A stretch of DNA of 62,832 nucleotides, filler included, from Basidiobolus ranarum (taxonomy: Eukaryota), in assembly GCA_040143965.1 (NCBI GenBank). It is 28 parts of 28 records of this genome, joined end to end, with 100 filler letters (N's around TTAATTAATTAA, not from the genome) between each part and the next. Parts side by side here need not be neighbours in the genome. Positions count along the whole stretch, not along the records: positions 1 to 2,157 come from JASJQH010003701.1; positions 2,258 to 4,414 come from JASJQH010003702.1; positions 4,515 to 6,670 come from JASJQH010003703.1; positions 6,771 to 8,925 come from JASJQH010003704.1; positions 9,026 to 11,180 come from JASJQH010003705.1; positions 11,281 to 13,434 come from JASJQH010003706.1; 22 more parts are not named here. One strand, written 5' to 3'. The first letter of the stretch is position 1; the number at the start of each line of letters is the position of its first letter. The notes under the pieces were generated by a model that made no database searches, had not been told where the DNA came from, and saw nothing but the letters and a program-made list of their open reading frames with translations. Of this stretch, positions 1 to 12,860 are shown in pieces. The position numbers were made by a program, and so were the translations under genes.

Positions 1-2157
1 ACATCTGCAATATTTATGACATATGATTCCTTACATCAGAAACCTTCTTAGCTTTTGATCTTGCATAGCAGCTACTAAATAAGTCTTTACCACCCTTCAA
101 GATCCTACTACCAAGTCTTTAAGGTTAAAACAAGATAACAAATGGTGCAACTACAAATCCTAATAAGTTTAACATTTGGTTTGCTCTATACAAAACCTCA
201 GAAAGATTATGTTGAGTTATAATCTTGTTGGGTCCCACTTTGATATTGACTTAAGTGGAAATAAATTCCACCCAACAGTAGTACCCTGACTTTTAACTAT
301 ATAATAGTACTCTTCACATTGTTGCTAGGGGGCTAATAAATATCTCACTACTTAGTCTTGCTCTGGAGATTAGGAAACAATTGTTTGTTATACACTTTCA
401 TTCTTGGAGCAAAAAAAAGCTGCTAGAGCAGTGTTATGATTCTTAAACAGCATCACTGATGCTTTCACTGCTTATTCCTACATCTTTGAATAAAGCTATT
501 TAAAATCATCTCATACTTCATAGTTTCAAATGTGAAGCACTACCCAAGTTCACCCTTTTTATTCAATGAAAAAGAGTATAGAGTAGTTTGTACAATGTAC
601 TGCAATACTTTTATGAGCTTACAAAAGTGAGATACAATTTAAGATATTGCCACAAATAGCCTTGATCTGTAGAGAGCTTTATAACAGCCATCTGTTCTGT
701 TTCCCATAAACTAGTTGTCACACAAATCTATTTTTGTTTTACTTTGACTTCATAAGCTTGAAACAATGTAACTTTGGATCCATTTATTTAGCTTTGTTTC
801 TCAGCATTAAGTTCTTACAAAATCAGATATCCTATATCACTATGTCAGCCATATGCATATGCATCACAGGCACTTTTTAGTATCTGATGTTCAGTATTTT
901 AATGAGAGTTCAAACTCCATGATTGCTCACTATATTACCTCAGACCTTCATATTGTGGTGTTAAAGCCTCCATACTTAACTATGCAGCAGTTGTGAAGCC
1001 CTCTAACTTGTTTGGCATACTATGAAGCATTTGTAGACTAGGGCACTGCTATTCAAAGGTACTGCAATGGAGCTGAGTTGAACTGCCATTGCTTAAGTCA
1101 AATTTCTGTGATTAACCATAGATTCACCAGATTTTTTAAGTACAAGAAGTGTATTTGACCAAGATAAGGCTTATGAGTTGAATGTTTTGAACATATCCTT
1201 ATCCCTGTTGTGATAGAGCTTATAGGTTGAGCAAACAAGGTGGTGAACTTTTACTTAAGGTTTTGAAATAACATGCTATATTAAATCATGCTACAATTAA
1301 AACTAAAAAATGATTTGTACAAATCATTGCTGTAATTAAATTCATAGCCAAGCCTCTTTCTTTATTCTGGTTTTTGACAAGAACTTCAAACTACTAGTGA
1401 GAGAGCTTTCTATGTGTAAGATAATGAAAGAAATCAATGCAGTCAAGAAATTCTTGCAGCAGTTGAAGTGGAGAATAGAATATGCACAAAGCCTTTGATA
1501 ATGAGTTTTATATTGAAACTAAGTGTGTAACGTGAGACTGTGGTTGGCACATCCTGTTCTTACACTTTAAAGGCAGCATGGCAAACTAATATGACACACA
1601 AGAATGTCCCCAATGCTATGTCAGCAAAATGATACAAATTTGCAACTAAAATGGAAAGCAAACCAATTTAGGAAAGGCTTGAATAAAACATAAGTCAAAC
1701 TACATGGCCAGAATACTGGCACAAGGTAACAAGGACTGTAACATTAGAAAATTAAAATTGCAGGTGTTTTCAAAGTTAAAACAATTTATACTTGAGCTTA
1801 GCAATGACTGGCACAAATCGATCAACTTGCAATAAATAATGTTGGAATAAGCAAAAATTTAGTTATTGAAATGCCAACATCAATCACAAAACCCATTGGT
1901 CCAGGGAAAACAATATACAAGGAGTATGAGGCAGCCATTTGAGCATTGTATATCAAAGAACATATTGGCCAGACATTAGAGGCTCAAAATGACTCAAAGC
2001 ACAGTACATATATTGTGATGACTAAGCATATTATATATAACGTATCAAATCTGCATATGAGTGATATTAGAGTAATTATTTTTAACCATTTTGCAGTGCT
2101 CAAAGAAGTGATATACTAAGTGATATTCTGCCATAAACATGCAAGCCTAGGGAGGAG

Positions 2158-2257
2158 NNNNNNNNNNNNNNNNNNNNNNNNNNNNNNNNNNNNNNNNNNN
2201 NTTAATTAATTAANNNNNNNNNNNNNNNNNNNNNNNNNNNNNNNNNNNNNNNNNNNN
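2158..2257. other. Artificial contig-joining linker (N44-TTAATTAATTAA-N44); first of 27 identical linkers, one about every 2.25 kb
   Basis: Identical 12-mer with stops in all six frames inside N-runs; the segments between linkers decrease steadily in length from 2157 to 2139 bp. Confidence 0.98.
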
Positions 2258-2774
2258 GTTTTCTATATATGCAACCTTCACACAGATCCAATTTAGTGAT
2301 ATTTCCAATTTCTAAGCCTGAAACAAGCTGATTTTGGATTATTTGGGTCAGTTTTTGTTCCCCAATATGGCCTAATCTTTTATGCCATGTTTGACAACTT
2401 ATTTCACCAGTTTTGGCTAAGTTTGCATGCTTGGAATGCAATTTGTTGATTTTTAGCTTGTATTTTTTTTGAGTTTTGATCCCAGTAGCTAATTTCTAAA
2501 AATCGGAACATATATTACATATATTTGTGAATAATGTGAGAATTATCAATTCCATATTGGAAATTTCAAACTTGTCCAAATTGCCCAAAGATAGCTCATT
2601 TTACTCCCACAGATGTTCTGAACACATCCCCAGTGTTAGTTTTCTGTATTTACACCAAATTGTATAAATGCTTTATTTCTAGACAATAAATAATTATCTC
2701 ACAAAGCTATTTCACAACTCAACTTTTCTAAAGTTCCTCCAAACAGCCCATATTTTCCCAATATAGACACTTTT

Positions 2775-3841
2775 TTGGAAATACTCAAATTCCAACAGAG
2801 TAATACTGACTATAGTATCTACTTCAGGCCAGATGAGACAAACCCAGTTTTATTAGCCTTATATGTAGATGTTCTTATTATAGCAACCAACAACTTGAAG
2901 ACTTTGGAGAAAACCAGATCCAGCTTATCTTCCAAATTTGAAATGACTGATGTTGGTGAACTGAAGTACTATCTTGGAATCCAAATTAAGATAGATAGAG
3001 CTACCAAAACAATAACTTTAAACCGGTCTAAGTATATCCTAGATATACTGAAGAAGTTTAAAATGGAAGAATGTAATCCAGTATCTACCTCAATGGAGAC
3101 AAATCTTACCTTGAATAACAATGGCTCAAATCAGACTTTCTTTGATTCAAATGAAAGCCAGAAATTTCCTTATCAATCTATGATTAGTAGTTTGATGTAT
3201 ATTCTGGCTGGAACATGGCCAGATATTGCATATTCTGTGAGAGTTGTGTGCCAATATCTTCAAAATTATGGATCTGATCAAATCATAGCAGTTAAGTGAT
3301 TTTCAGATATCTGAAAGGTACTGTGGATTTGTGCTTAAAATATGCATACTCTGGATCAAACTTTGATCTGATGGGATATTCAGATGCATACTGGGGAAGA
3401 GATATTGAAGACAGGAGATCTACAACAGGATACAAATTTCTTTGCTGTAATGGAGCTATTTCTTGGAATTCAAAGAAACAACCTACTGTAGCACTTTCAA
3501 CAACGGAAGCTGAATACATGGCTGCCTGTGAAGCAACAAAAGAAGCAATATGGTTAAGAAAACCCTTAACAGATTTGAGTCATTCTCAAAATTCACCAAC
3601 AACAATATTTCAAGATAATCAAAGTTGTATCAAATTAGCTAAAAATCCCACATTTCATATTAGATGCAAACATATTGGTATTAAGTATCACTTCATTAGA
3701 GAGACTATAGAGAATAAGTTTATTGACTTTACTTATTGTTCTACAGAAGAAATGATTAATGATATATTAACCAAACCACAAGCTAGGCAGAAATTTGAGA
3801 AGTTAGGACATTTATTAGGATTAGTTTATATGACTATTTAG
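2775..3841 (+). mobile_element. Ty1/copia reverse transcriptase-RNase H remnant, frameshifted near 3297
   Basis: LALYVDV (degenerate YVDD), YYLGIQI, YQSMISSLMY, GYSDAYWG, RRSTTGY, ISWNSKKQPTVALSTTEAEY, KHIGIKYHFIRE, DILTKP; followed by purine tract GAGGGAGAG and an LTR start. Confidence 0.95.
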
Positions 3842-4414
3842 CTGAGGGAGAGAGTTGAAATTAGCTTTGCCTAAACATCTATATAGTCATATATAGCCTG
3901 GTACTTGGTTATCTTTAAATTCACTAAGATATTATCCATTATTTGCAATCAGAATTTACTTAGAATATTTTTACTATTTGTTAAGCATCACTTCACTACA
4001 GAGACTATAGAGAATAAGTTAATTGACTTAACTTATTGCTCTACAGAGGACATGATTCTGATATACTAACCAAACACTAAGCTAAACAGAAATTTGAAAT
4101 TTAGACCTTCATTAGGATTAGTTCATATGACTATTTAATAGAGGGAGAGTGTTGAAATTAGCATTGCCCAAACACCTATATAGTCATATATAGATCAGTG
4201 TTTGGTTATCATATAATTCACAAATATACTATCAATTATCCTCAATTGAAATTAACTTAGTACGTTTTTACCATCTTAGAAGTTCTCAGAAATATAACTT
4301 TTCCAAACTTGTGCTAGAAGCCCCAAACTTTGCACGCATGTTCCTGGGTCCTTTCTCCACATATTCTACATGTTTGTTTGTTTACATCTTGACAAAACTA
4401 TAAATGTCAACTTT
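3681..4414 (+). repeat. About 300-bp tandem duplication of copia RNase H end, PPT and LTR family A start; second LTR-A runs 4150-4414
   Basis: TTAAG(T/C)ATCACTTCA recurs at 3681 and 3981; each copy is followed by GAGGGAGAG and (T)GTTGAAATTAGC. Confidence 0.85.
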
Positions 4415-4744
4415 NNNNNNNNNNNNNNNNNNNNNNNNNNNNNNNNNNNNNNNNNNNNTTAATTAATTAANNNNNNNNNNNNNNNNNNNNNNNNNNNNNN
4501 NNNNNNNNNNNNNNGATCCCCACCAATAGAATCCTCTGGAACTTTCCGGAAATTCTCATTAGTAATCATATCTACCTTCAGAAAAGTATAAATAGGAGCC
4601 ATATCTTTTCAAATAAAAATCATCCTGGTTTTCAACTAACAATTACTACTTGTGATCACCCCTTATTTTCACCACCGCTTATGAGACCTTTGAAGAGGAA
4701 GCTCAAGAGAGACTACTAGAAGCAGTTATAGGCTACTGTGTGAC

Positions 4745-5540
4745 TAGAAAGGACTTGACCAGCTCAAAGGAAGTACTGACAGGTTGGTGTTATATTTCTG
4801 ATACTTTATATTTTTCCCCAGCTTTGTTTGCATAGGCAAGGAACTTTTCCTATCCTTGGATAAATCACTACTAGTGAATCCTTGTTCAAGACCCTGCTGG
4901 CTGAGTTTACAGTTGTTTTTGATTGGATATACCCTTTTTATCTGATCATTCTCAAAGGACACTGAAGCCAGTATATTCTTTTGTCAGGCACCAGCATATT
5001 ATTCAACAGAAAGCTGGACATTGCATTGTGGTTTATCAGTCCTTAGACATTTCTAGAGGCTTGATTCCATTTCACAAAGACCGAAGAGGCAAGAGACAGA
5101 CCCATATTACAGTACATCCCAGAGTTATTCAACCGCAGTTACTGCACCCTTTGGACACCTCACAAAACCCTTAGGATATTGCAGTTATAGTTGCTGCTTA
5201 CACCCTAAAACAACTACAATGCACTGATTTTAGCATTAAGGGCCTGGTCAGATTTCAATATGCTTACTGATACTAATTGGTGTAAAAGTCAGTTCAACAT
5301 CATGCTTAGGATTAGCCATAAGCCTAAGATTATATTGCTAAAGGAGATCATCTGGAGTCAAAGCTTCTCATTATACACTCTTCCTTTACTATTCAACAAC
5401 TTTCTAATACTACTTACTCACCTATATAGTGGACAATTCAATTTGAATGAGCCATTTGAGATAGGATCAATGTTTAAATCAGTTGGGTAAATGCCTGAAA
5501 ACATCAAGATATGATCATATTTTACCAGGACTCCCATCAA
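4745..5540 (+). repeat. Decayed ORF of an unclassified multicopy family (homologues at about 51180-51416 and 59475-59620)
   Basis: FHKDRRGKRQTHITVHPRVIQP aligns with FHNGPRGKSQTYKTIHQRVIEP (59480); LLKEIIWSQSFSLYTLPLLFNN aligns with LLTEFSWSQSFQVGTVALLFSN (51200). Confidence 0.6.
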
Positions 5541-5569
5541 TATCCACTCACCAAGGCATTTATTATTGG

Positions 5570-6122
5570 GAAGATATGGGCTGTTTGGAGGAAGTTTAGG
5601 AAAGTGGAGTTCTAAATGGTTTTTGTGAGATAGAAATCTATTGTCAAGAAATAAAGCATTAACACCTTTTGGTGGAAATACAGAAAACTAACACTGGGGT
5701 TGTGTTCAGAACATCTGTGGGAGCAAAATGAGCTATGCTTGGGGAAATTTTGATGAGTTTGAAACTTTCAGTATGGTATTTCTAATTCTCACATTATTCA
5801 TATATATATATATCATATATGTACCAATTTGCAGTGAGGTGTTATTTCACTAAATATACTTAACTAACTTATATATGATATATGAAATAGGTAGGTGTAT
5901 AAAGATAGAGATAGCAAATATGATAAAGACAATAAACTTCAACACTCCCACTTAACCAAATATTCATATATCTTAATCCTAACTTAAATCTTAATTTTTC
6001 AAATTTTAGCTTGAGTAATGGTTTGGTAAGGATGTCTGCAATCATGTCCTCAGTTTGACAGTACTGTAATTGGATGTGCTTATTGTCAATATCTTCCCTA
6101 ACAGAGTGATGTTGAATGTCAA
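5570..6122 (-). mobile_element. Copia RNase H end, PPT and LTR family D (LTR begins at 5944 on the minus strand)
   Basis: DIQHHSVREDI...YCQTEDMIADILTKPL, then AAGTGGGAG-TGTTGAAG; the same LTR occurs at about 2500-2770, 35515-35800, 39060-39160 and 41760-42127. Confidence 0.85.
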
Positions 6123-6123
6123 C

Positions 6124-6670
6124 CCCTGATACAAATGAAACCAATTTGATCCAGATTGGCTCAACCCTTCTAAACTGCAAAACTTTCAGAGAACTGTCAT
6201 AATATTGGTGGCTTGCATTCTGCCAGGGATTTTGATGGTGTGACAGCAGTTTCATGATGCTATTATAAAGATATTCATATATGCTACAATATTGAACCTC
6301 AAATTTGGCATGCAACATTAATTTCCGGCTATTTTTACAAAATATAATTTTTGAATGGCAAATTATTGAGTTTAAAGCTGTATGAATTCAAATTAATAAG
6401 CATGCCTTTATTAAGATATTTTAGGGTTTGTATTTGAGCCATAATGAGAATCAAAAAATACAAGAATCTCATTGTTTTTAGTCTCTACTTATGCATATAC
6501 TTGACTGATCAGACATAACTCAACAATATCAATATGCTTTATCAGCAAATTAATAATGTAAAAATTGCTAAACATCTGAAATTTTGAATAGCACTGACAC
6601 TTGGCAAATAGCTGACTCTTGTTACCATTCACAATGAGAATAAGCTCTTGGATTTTGGCAAATTTCTGTA
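6124..6670 (-). repeat. Unclassified repeat, module 2, ending at an AGGG terminus
   Basis: Homologous to 23853-24203, 28484-29040, 40875-41438 and 49600-49700; all stop at the same TTTT...AGGG position. Confidence 0.8.
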
Positions 6671-6923
6671 NNNNNNNNNNNNNNNNNNNNNNNNNNNNNN
6701 NNNNNNNNNNNNNNTTAATTAATTAANNNNNNNNNNNNNNNNNNNNNNNNNNNNNNNNNNNNNNNNNNNNTTTTCAGATGGTAAACTTGGTGTAATGAAA
6801 TGGCTTAGAAACAGCTTATAATCAGCTAAGAATATCATCTATAACCAGTAATATCTTTTAATCCCCCAATGTATCATCTGTCACATTGTTTCAGAATCAG
6901 CTGAGGATATTGAAGAGCTATAC

Positions 6924-8925
6924 CCCTAACAGAAATTTGAGGATTGTTATTGTAGGAAAACCGTCACAATTTGAATTCATTTGGGATTGACTCTTTACTT
7001 ACTGTCATAAAATTGTCAAGTTAGATTTGATTTTAATCAATTTTTTCAGTTTCAGGAGTGAAATTGCAATATCTTGCAATATAGTTATGCATGCTTGGCT
7101 ACAATCTCAGAGAACCATGATCAACACAGGTGCAAAAAATCTAACTCATATTTTCACCAATTACCATGTGAACGCCAATTTGTCACCTTTGAAATCCCTA
7201 GTCTCTTTGATATATTTTCCTGAATATTTTTATAGAGTTCTTCATACCCAAGGTTTAGCTCATACCCTGAACAAGTTTGTATCAATATCTCCATGAAAGC
7301 CCACCATTGTATTAATGTTGCTGAATCAATATTCTTCCAGCTATCTGGTGGATACCCTGCAATATTGTACAACTCTGTATTATGTTCTTCCCAGATATCT
7401 GCACAGTTGACACCAGACTGAATGTCAAGTTGAATCTTCTTGTTTTGAAGCCCCTTTCTGCATACTTGCACTGCATTTTTCCTTCATACTTTAGAAAATA
7501 CTCCTCAAGCACTTTGACTATTTTTTACATCATTGTAGTGTGACACTACTGAGGGTGCTTTGTGGTGTTTGTGTGGCTTTTTGCTTGCCGTTAACTTTGG
7601 GGCAAATTTCAACACTTTGAAGAGTATCTGTTGAGGTTGGAGAGCCATGAGTTTTATTTGCTGGTGTTTTGGCTTAATTAGAGGGGCCAGGTGTTGGATA
7701 AACTTGCAAATTTAGCACTCTTCCAACTGGTGTACCTGGTTCTATGGTGAAATTAAGCTTTTTTGCCAGTATTTCTGACTCTGGAAATGCTGATTTTTGT
7801 AATGGTGTGAAGAATTTGGTAGTGGGACCATAGAGCCTGAACTCACTGTCTCCTTTGCTTTTACCTTTAATTTACTAACTTCCTGCTTCTTGGGTATGTC
7901 TTTAGCAACATTTCTTTCTTTTCCAAGTTGATAATTGCATACATTTTTGAGCTGTTCCATCAATTGGCTTATACTAGCCCAATTGCCATTGGCTTGGAAA
8001 AGCCTGGATAAACCACATGAAATAAGTCAAGAACCCTCAGAGTAACACCAGGTTATGGTTTTTCCATGTATGGCTCAAATCCAGATGATTTTTGGCAAGA
8101 TTCCAACCAGTTTCCAAAATGTTAAACCACTCATAATCAGAGCAAGTGATGGCAGCTCTGACATTCAGAGTCTTGTGGTTTGCCAGTTTCCCTATGAGAT
8201 TTCTACTTTCATATGCCCAAGCATTTTTGGGCTTTTGTGTAGGCTTAATGGTCCAACACATATTCTGCTCTGCTAGATTATCATGGTGACATTCATATGT
8301 ATGGTGTTAGATTGATTGAAACCCCATATGAGAATGGATGGAGGGAGCAGCATGCTGCTGTAGCTCATGTACTACTTTCTGAAGGTCTTGTATCATTGCT
8401 GAGAGACTAACTGTTGACTAGTTGCTTCTGAACACTGCATCAATTGCAATATTGTGGTGTTATTGCTTGTCATGGCATGTATAGTAACTTTGTAGTTTTT
8501 ACTTATGATTGCATACAAAGCATTATGGTGTTCCGCCTGCAATTCTCCTGTAGCAATAATTCTATCCAAATTTTCTACAAAGGGTTGTTCAATAGTTGGC
8601 AAAATAGCCATTTTGGAAGTTAATGGTCTTGAAGTTGTTTTGGTTGAACTTTGCTCAACTATTGATTTACTACATAAATGCAGGATTACAATCTCTTCAC
8701 TTGCACTATTGCTGGAAAGGAACACATCTGGCAACTTGATTAATGCTTCATCTTTACTTGAGTTAGTTTCTGGCATGTTAGTGCATTCCAAAGTTGATAG
8801 TGGATTGCTAGACTACTCATCAATTAAGTCCTCTGTTCTTGCTGGTTTTTTTTGTTTTGTGCCAGCAGGCTTTGGCTTGGAAGCCAATTTTGATTTAGCT
8901 TTTAAACACTTTTTAAATGGTGTGG
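6924..8925 (-). repeat. Unclassified repeat, module 1: about 2-kb decayed ORF ending at ATTTCTGTTAGGG
   Basis: ORF pieces (KPKNAWAYESRNLIGKL, KETVSSGS, KIQLDIQSG...LYNIAGYPPDSWKNIDSATLIQWW) recur at 22540-23850, 40517-40874, 49270-49391 and 51415-51632; several stops are TGA. Confidence 0.8.
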
Positions 8926-9026
8926 NNNNNNNNNNNNNNNNNNNNNNNNNNNNNNNNNNNNNNNNNNNNTTAATTAATTAANNNNNNNNNNNNNNNNNNN
9001 NNNNNNNNNNNNNNNNNNNNNNNNNT

Positions 9027-9485
9027 TTACATATTTCTAGTAAACAAGCTGAGTTCAATCTCCATATCTATCTCTGCTTGATCCCAACTGACCCACTCTG
9101 GAATAGACATTTTAACTTGGGATCCAGTGGTCAGAATGTGATCAAACACATCTTCAACATCATAATCTTCCAGTTCCCAATCGGAGATGAGCATGTTTAG
9201 CGAGTCAAAGAGGGCGTCTTGCGCGTGGCTTAGCTCTAAAGTAGCCCATGTTAAAATATATGCGGGGCATTAAATTAGTTGTGAATTCCATTACGTACCA
9301 TCAATCTTGTGGAGAAACCCTGAGTCTAGAATATCTCGTGTTAATAGTAATATGCCATCAAACCGACTGGCATCCTCCAAGTTACGATAGTCTATGGACA
9401 GGGTGGAGTAAAGCATTCCCGATACTTGCTTTATGAGTTTCAGGCCTACAGTGGACTGACGTCTGATACTACGGGAGTTCTTCAT
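9027..9485 (-). CDS. Hypothetical protein of about 130 aa, tandem paralogue 1; one intron at 9236-9298; start codon uncertain
   Basis: Exons conserved with the copy at 10587-11046, including synonymous changes, while the GT-AG intron has diverged; spliced frame reads ...FLHKID/ELSHAQDALFDSLNMLISDWELEDY... Confidence 0.7.
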
Positions 9486-10586
9486 TGTAGTGTTGAGTTG
9501 TTGATGGATATGGGGTATCATCTGGCATTTATTCATATTCGTTAAGATAGTGATTCATCCGCCCTCGCAGTATACTTAGACCAGTTTATCGTATCTTTAG
9601 AACTTGAAGTATGAGAGAGAAACGCAACAGGTGATACAGTAAGTCGATCTGCGTAACCCAGATGGTAGCGGTCTCTAAGTGAGTTGATTTCAGGATTGAT
9701 ACACAAAACCTCCAACAAATAGATGTCTCACCCAAATGTTCATCCATTGTAATCCCTCTTACGTTTTGCTTATGAAAGCTTTCCTAAATCGCAACACCTT
9801 ACTTGATACTAAATAGTGATTAGATGTGATTTTACTTCTGGTTGTTGCATGTAGTCGGTATAAGGAGCCCTACTAGTTTAAGTAATCTTTCATTACAAAT
9901 CAACAGCGATGTCCATTTAATTACATAAAGCTAAGTTAAAAGTCACTCAATTCTAGGACTTTTCGACATTTTTACTGTCCTAGTAATTTAAGCCTGCAGT
10001 CTTATGAATATCGATAATAAACTAGGGTAGAGATGGTGATGGTGATAGTGTAGGAGAATCAGTTGATAGAATTACTGACATGTTTGACTCACTGGTTATA
10101 GGCATGGGATTACTGATGAAAGGATTGTTAAATGATGTACATGTATTGAAAACGGCTCCGTGATGTTACGTTTATAAGTACTGTATAATTGATATTGGAA
10201 TCTAAACAATGAGGCAAGTGATTTCCCTATATCAGATTCGCAGCTTGTGCTACTCTATCAATTATACTTTCGTATGATGGCCTAAAACCCCTTAATCTAT
10301 CGTTTTTTGAGTTGGATAGCTCATATTTGCCATGATATTAGTAATCACTCATAATTAAGGCATTTAGAACAGTACAAGATATTAAATTGGTAACAAGAAT
10401 GTCCAATTTACCCGATCTTACTGAACCTTTGAGAATATCATGTAACATACCTCTGAACAATATAAAAAACTAATACTTTTGCGATACTTTAGCATGTAGG
10501 CAAATATAAAATATGTGTATATACTGAATCAGGATGCTGCTAACGGGTGTTTATTATATTTACAGTAGTAAGCTAAAGAATAGCAT

Positions 10587-11046
10587 TTACATTTTTCTGG
10601 TAAACAAGCTGAGTTCAATCTCCATATCTATCTCTGCTTGATCCCAACTGACCCACTCTGGAATAGACATTTCCACTCGGGATCCAGTGGCCAGAATGTG
10701 ATCAAACACGTCTTCGGCATCGTAATCTTCCAGTTCCCAATCGGAGATGAGCATATTTAGCGAGTCAAAGAAGGCGTCTTGTGCGTGGCTTAGCTCTAAA
10801 ATATCACACTTTAATTTATATTCTAAAGTATTGAATCTGCTCTCAACTCCATTACATACCATCAATCTTGTGAAGAAGTCCTGAGTCTAGAACATCCCTT
10901 GTGAGCATTAATATGCCGTCGAAGCGACTAGTATCTTCCAAGTTACCATAGTCGGTGGACAAAGTGGAGTAAATCATTCTTGAGACTTGCTTTATTAGTT
11001 GTAAGCTTACTGTGGGTTGACGTCTGATGCTACGGGAGTACTTCAT
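10587..11046 (-). CDS. Hypothetical protein of about 130 aa, tandem paralogue 2; intron at 10796-10859; start codon uncertain
   Basis: ORFs 10852-11046 and 10587-10865 are joined by a GTATGT...TTTTAG intron at the same position as in paralogue 1. Confidence 0.7.
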
Positions 11047-11439
11047 AATTGTGCTGAGTTGTTGATGAATATGAGGAGTGTTCTGATATTTATCTTACTC
11101 GTTACGGTAGTGAATCATCTACGTCCTGGTGCTATCGCTAGGTCAAGTGTCGTATCTGTAGAACCTGGGGTGTGAGGGAGNNNNNNNNNNNNNNNNNNNN
11201 NNNNNNNNNNNNNNNNNNNNNNNNTTAATTAATTAANNNNNNNNNNNNNNNNNNNNNNNNNNNNNNNNNNNNNNNNNNNNTAACAGGCATGTTTGTTATG
11301 ATCTAAGCACGTCCAATAGTCTTATTTATAGTTTACTATAAATAGGACTTATTCAATTCAATAAAACTTAAGTGTCTAATTCACAAATCCAAATCTTGTC
11401 CAAAACACTTCCAAATCCCCTAAACACTTTTATCAGCTT

Positions 11440-12600
11440 GTCCTACTGAGAGTAGATTGTTAGCTCTTTCTGGTTCAAAATGTACATCATTGAATATTGG
11501 AGATGGTGTAAGTGAATTTTGGTCTAAATTGAGCTTAACTATGTCCTTACCAACTGCATCTAGTGCATGGTTAGCTCCCAAGTAGACTATCCTTGTTTGA
11601 ATAGGATTAAAGCCAGAAAGCCAATCTTTCTTTTTTTTATATACGCAGGTGTGCTCCTGAATTAATGTACCACATTACTGGGACTTTCTTAGTGCTTACT
11701 CATAGGTTAAACACAGTGCAATGACCCCCATCAGTACCTGATGATTTGCTAATTCCAACTGTAGCTTTTTGGCAAATATTCTTTATCCTCAGTCCTTATT
11801 TTACAGCCTGTTTGCTTCATACTGGCAGATGATAGATTTCCTATTAGGGACACTCTTATTGAAGCATGTTGGACATTTTATAGCTCCAAAAAATGCCTGA
11901 TATGCATTATTTTGCTAAAAATTTGGTCCCCTTAATTCCTTTTTCACAACACCTGGCTCAAACATATTCCACTCTTCATGGATCTGGTCTTGAATTTAGG
12001 GCAATTAAGAAATTCTCAAACTTGTCTTGATGGCTCTCAAAGATTTTCATGACTAAGTCATTTTCATTTAGAGATGCTCTAATGTATGAGAGCTGACCTA
12101 TGATATTTTAATCTTTATATATATGATAAAACATAAAATCATCAGAGTTCATCTGAATTAAAAGTAATTTTCTTCTAAGATACTGCCTATTGGTCAGACT
12201 TTTACTTTCTTAGGTCCTTGGTAACTAGCACCATTTGCATCTTTAACTTCCAAAGGTAAAAGTTTTCACAATCTAACTTCTCTGTGAACATAAAAACATT
12301 GGTAATAGTACTGGTAGATGTTCCTTCAACAGCTAGCTTAGGGCTCATAAGCCAATAAAAGTGTTGAGGGGATTTTGAAGTCTTTTGACATGATTTGGAT
12401 TTGTGAATTAGACAATTGAGCTTTATCAAATTGAATATGTTGTATTTATAGCTTACTATAAGATAGGACTATTGGATATACTTGTATTGTCTTAAACATG
12501 CCTGTAAGGCATGGGTGAAAATTTGAAGTGATTTGCAGAAGATTTGAGAAAATGATGAAAATTGGTAAAAGTAATCTGAGTGATATTACATTCAATGGTA
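11440..12600 (-). mobile_element. Decayed copia 5' region: LTR family B, PBS, gag and protease
   Basis: MSPKLAVEGTSTSTITNVFMFTEKLDCENFYLWKLKMQMVL (copia gag N-terminus); reverse-complement LTR-B at about 12354-12600. Confidence 0.8.
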
Positions 12601-12860
12601 GCAATGAACACTCATTTTTGAGTGGCCAAGTTGATTGTTAAATCAACATTTGAGTTATTGCTTTCATAATTTCAGCAGAGACTTTTTGTTTTATGTTGCA
12701 CATGTCCTTGGTTGATCTTGCTGTAGATTAGTACTCACCTAGATATATTATGACCAACTAGTCTAAAAACCTGGTAAAGATATGCAACATTTGTGTTGTA
12801 AAAGCAACTTATGCATCTATGAAAACCAAGATATTCAAAGGGTCTATATATTTACCTAAT

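Noticed and set aside
5330-5500. TAG/TAA stops aligned to CAG/CAA in the minus frame, suggesting CpA-type RIP
   Set aside because: They correspond to synonymous Leu codons (CTA/TTA versus CTG/TTG) in the better-conserved plus frame, so they are not evidence of RIP
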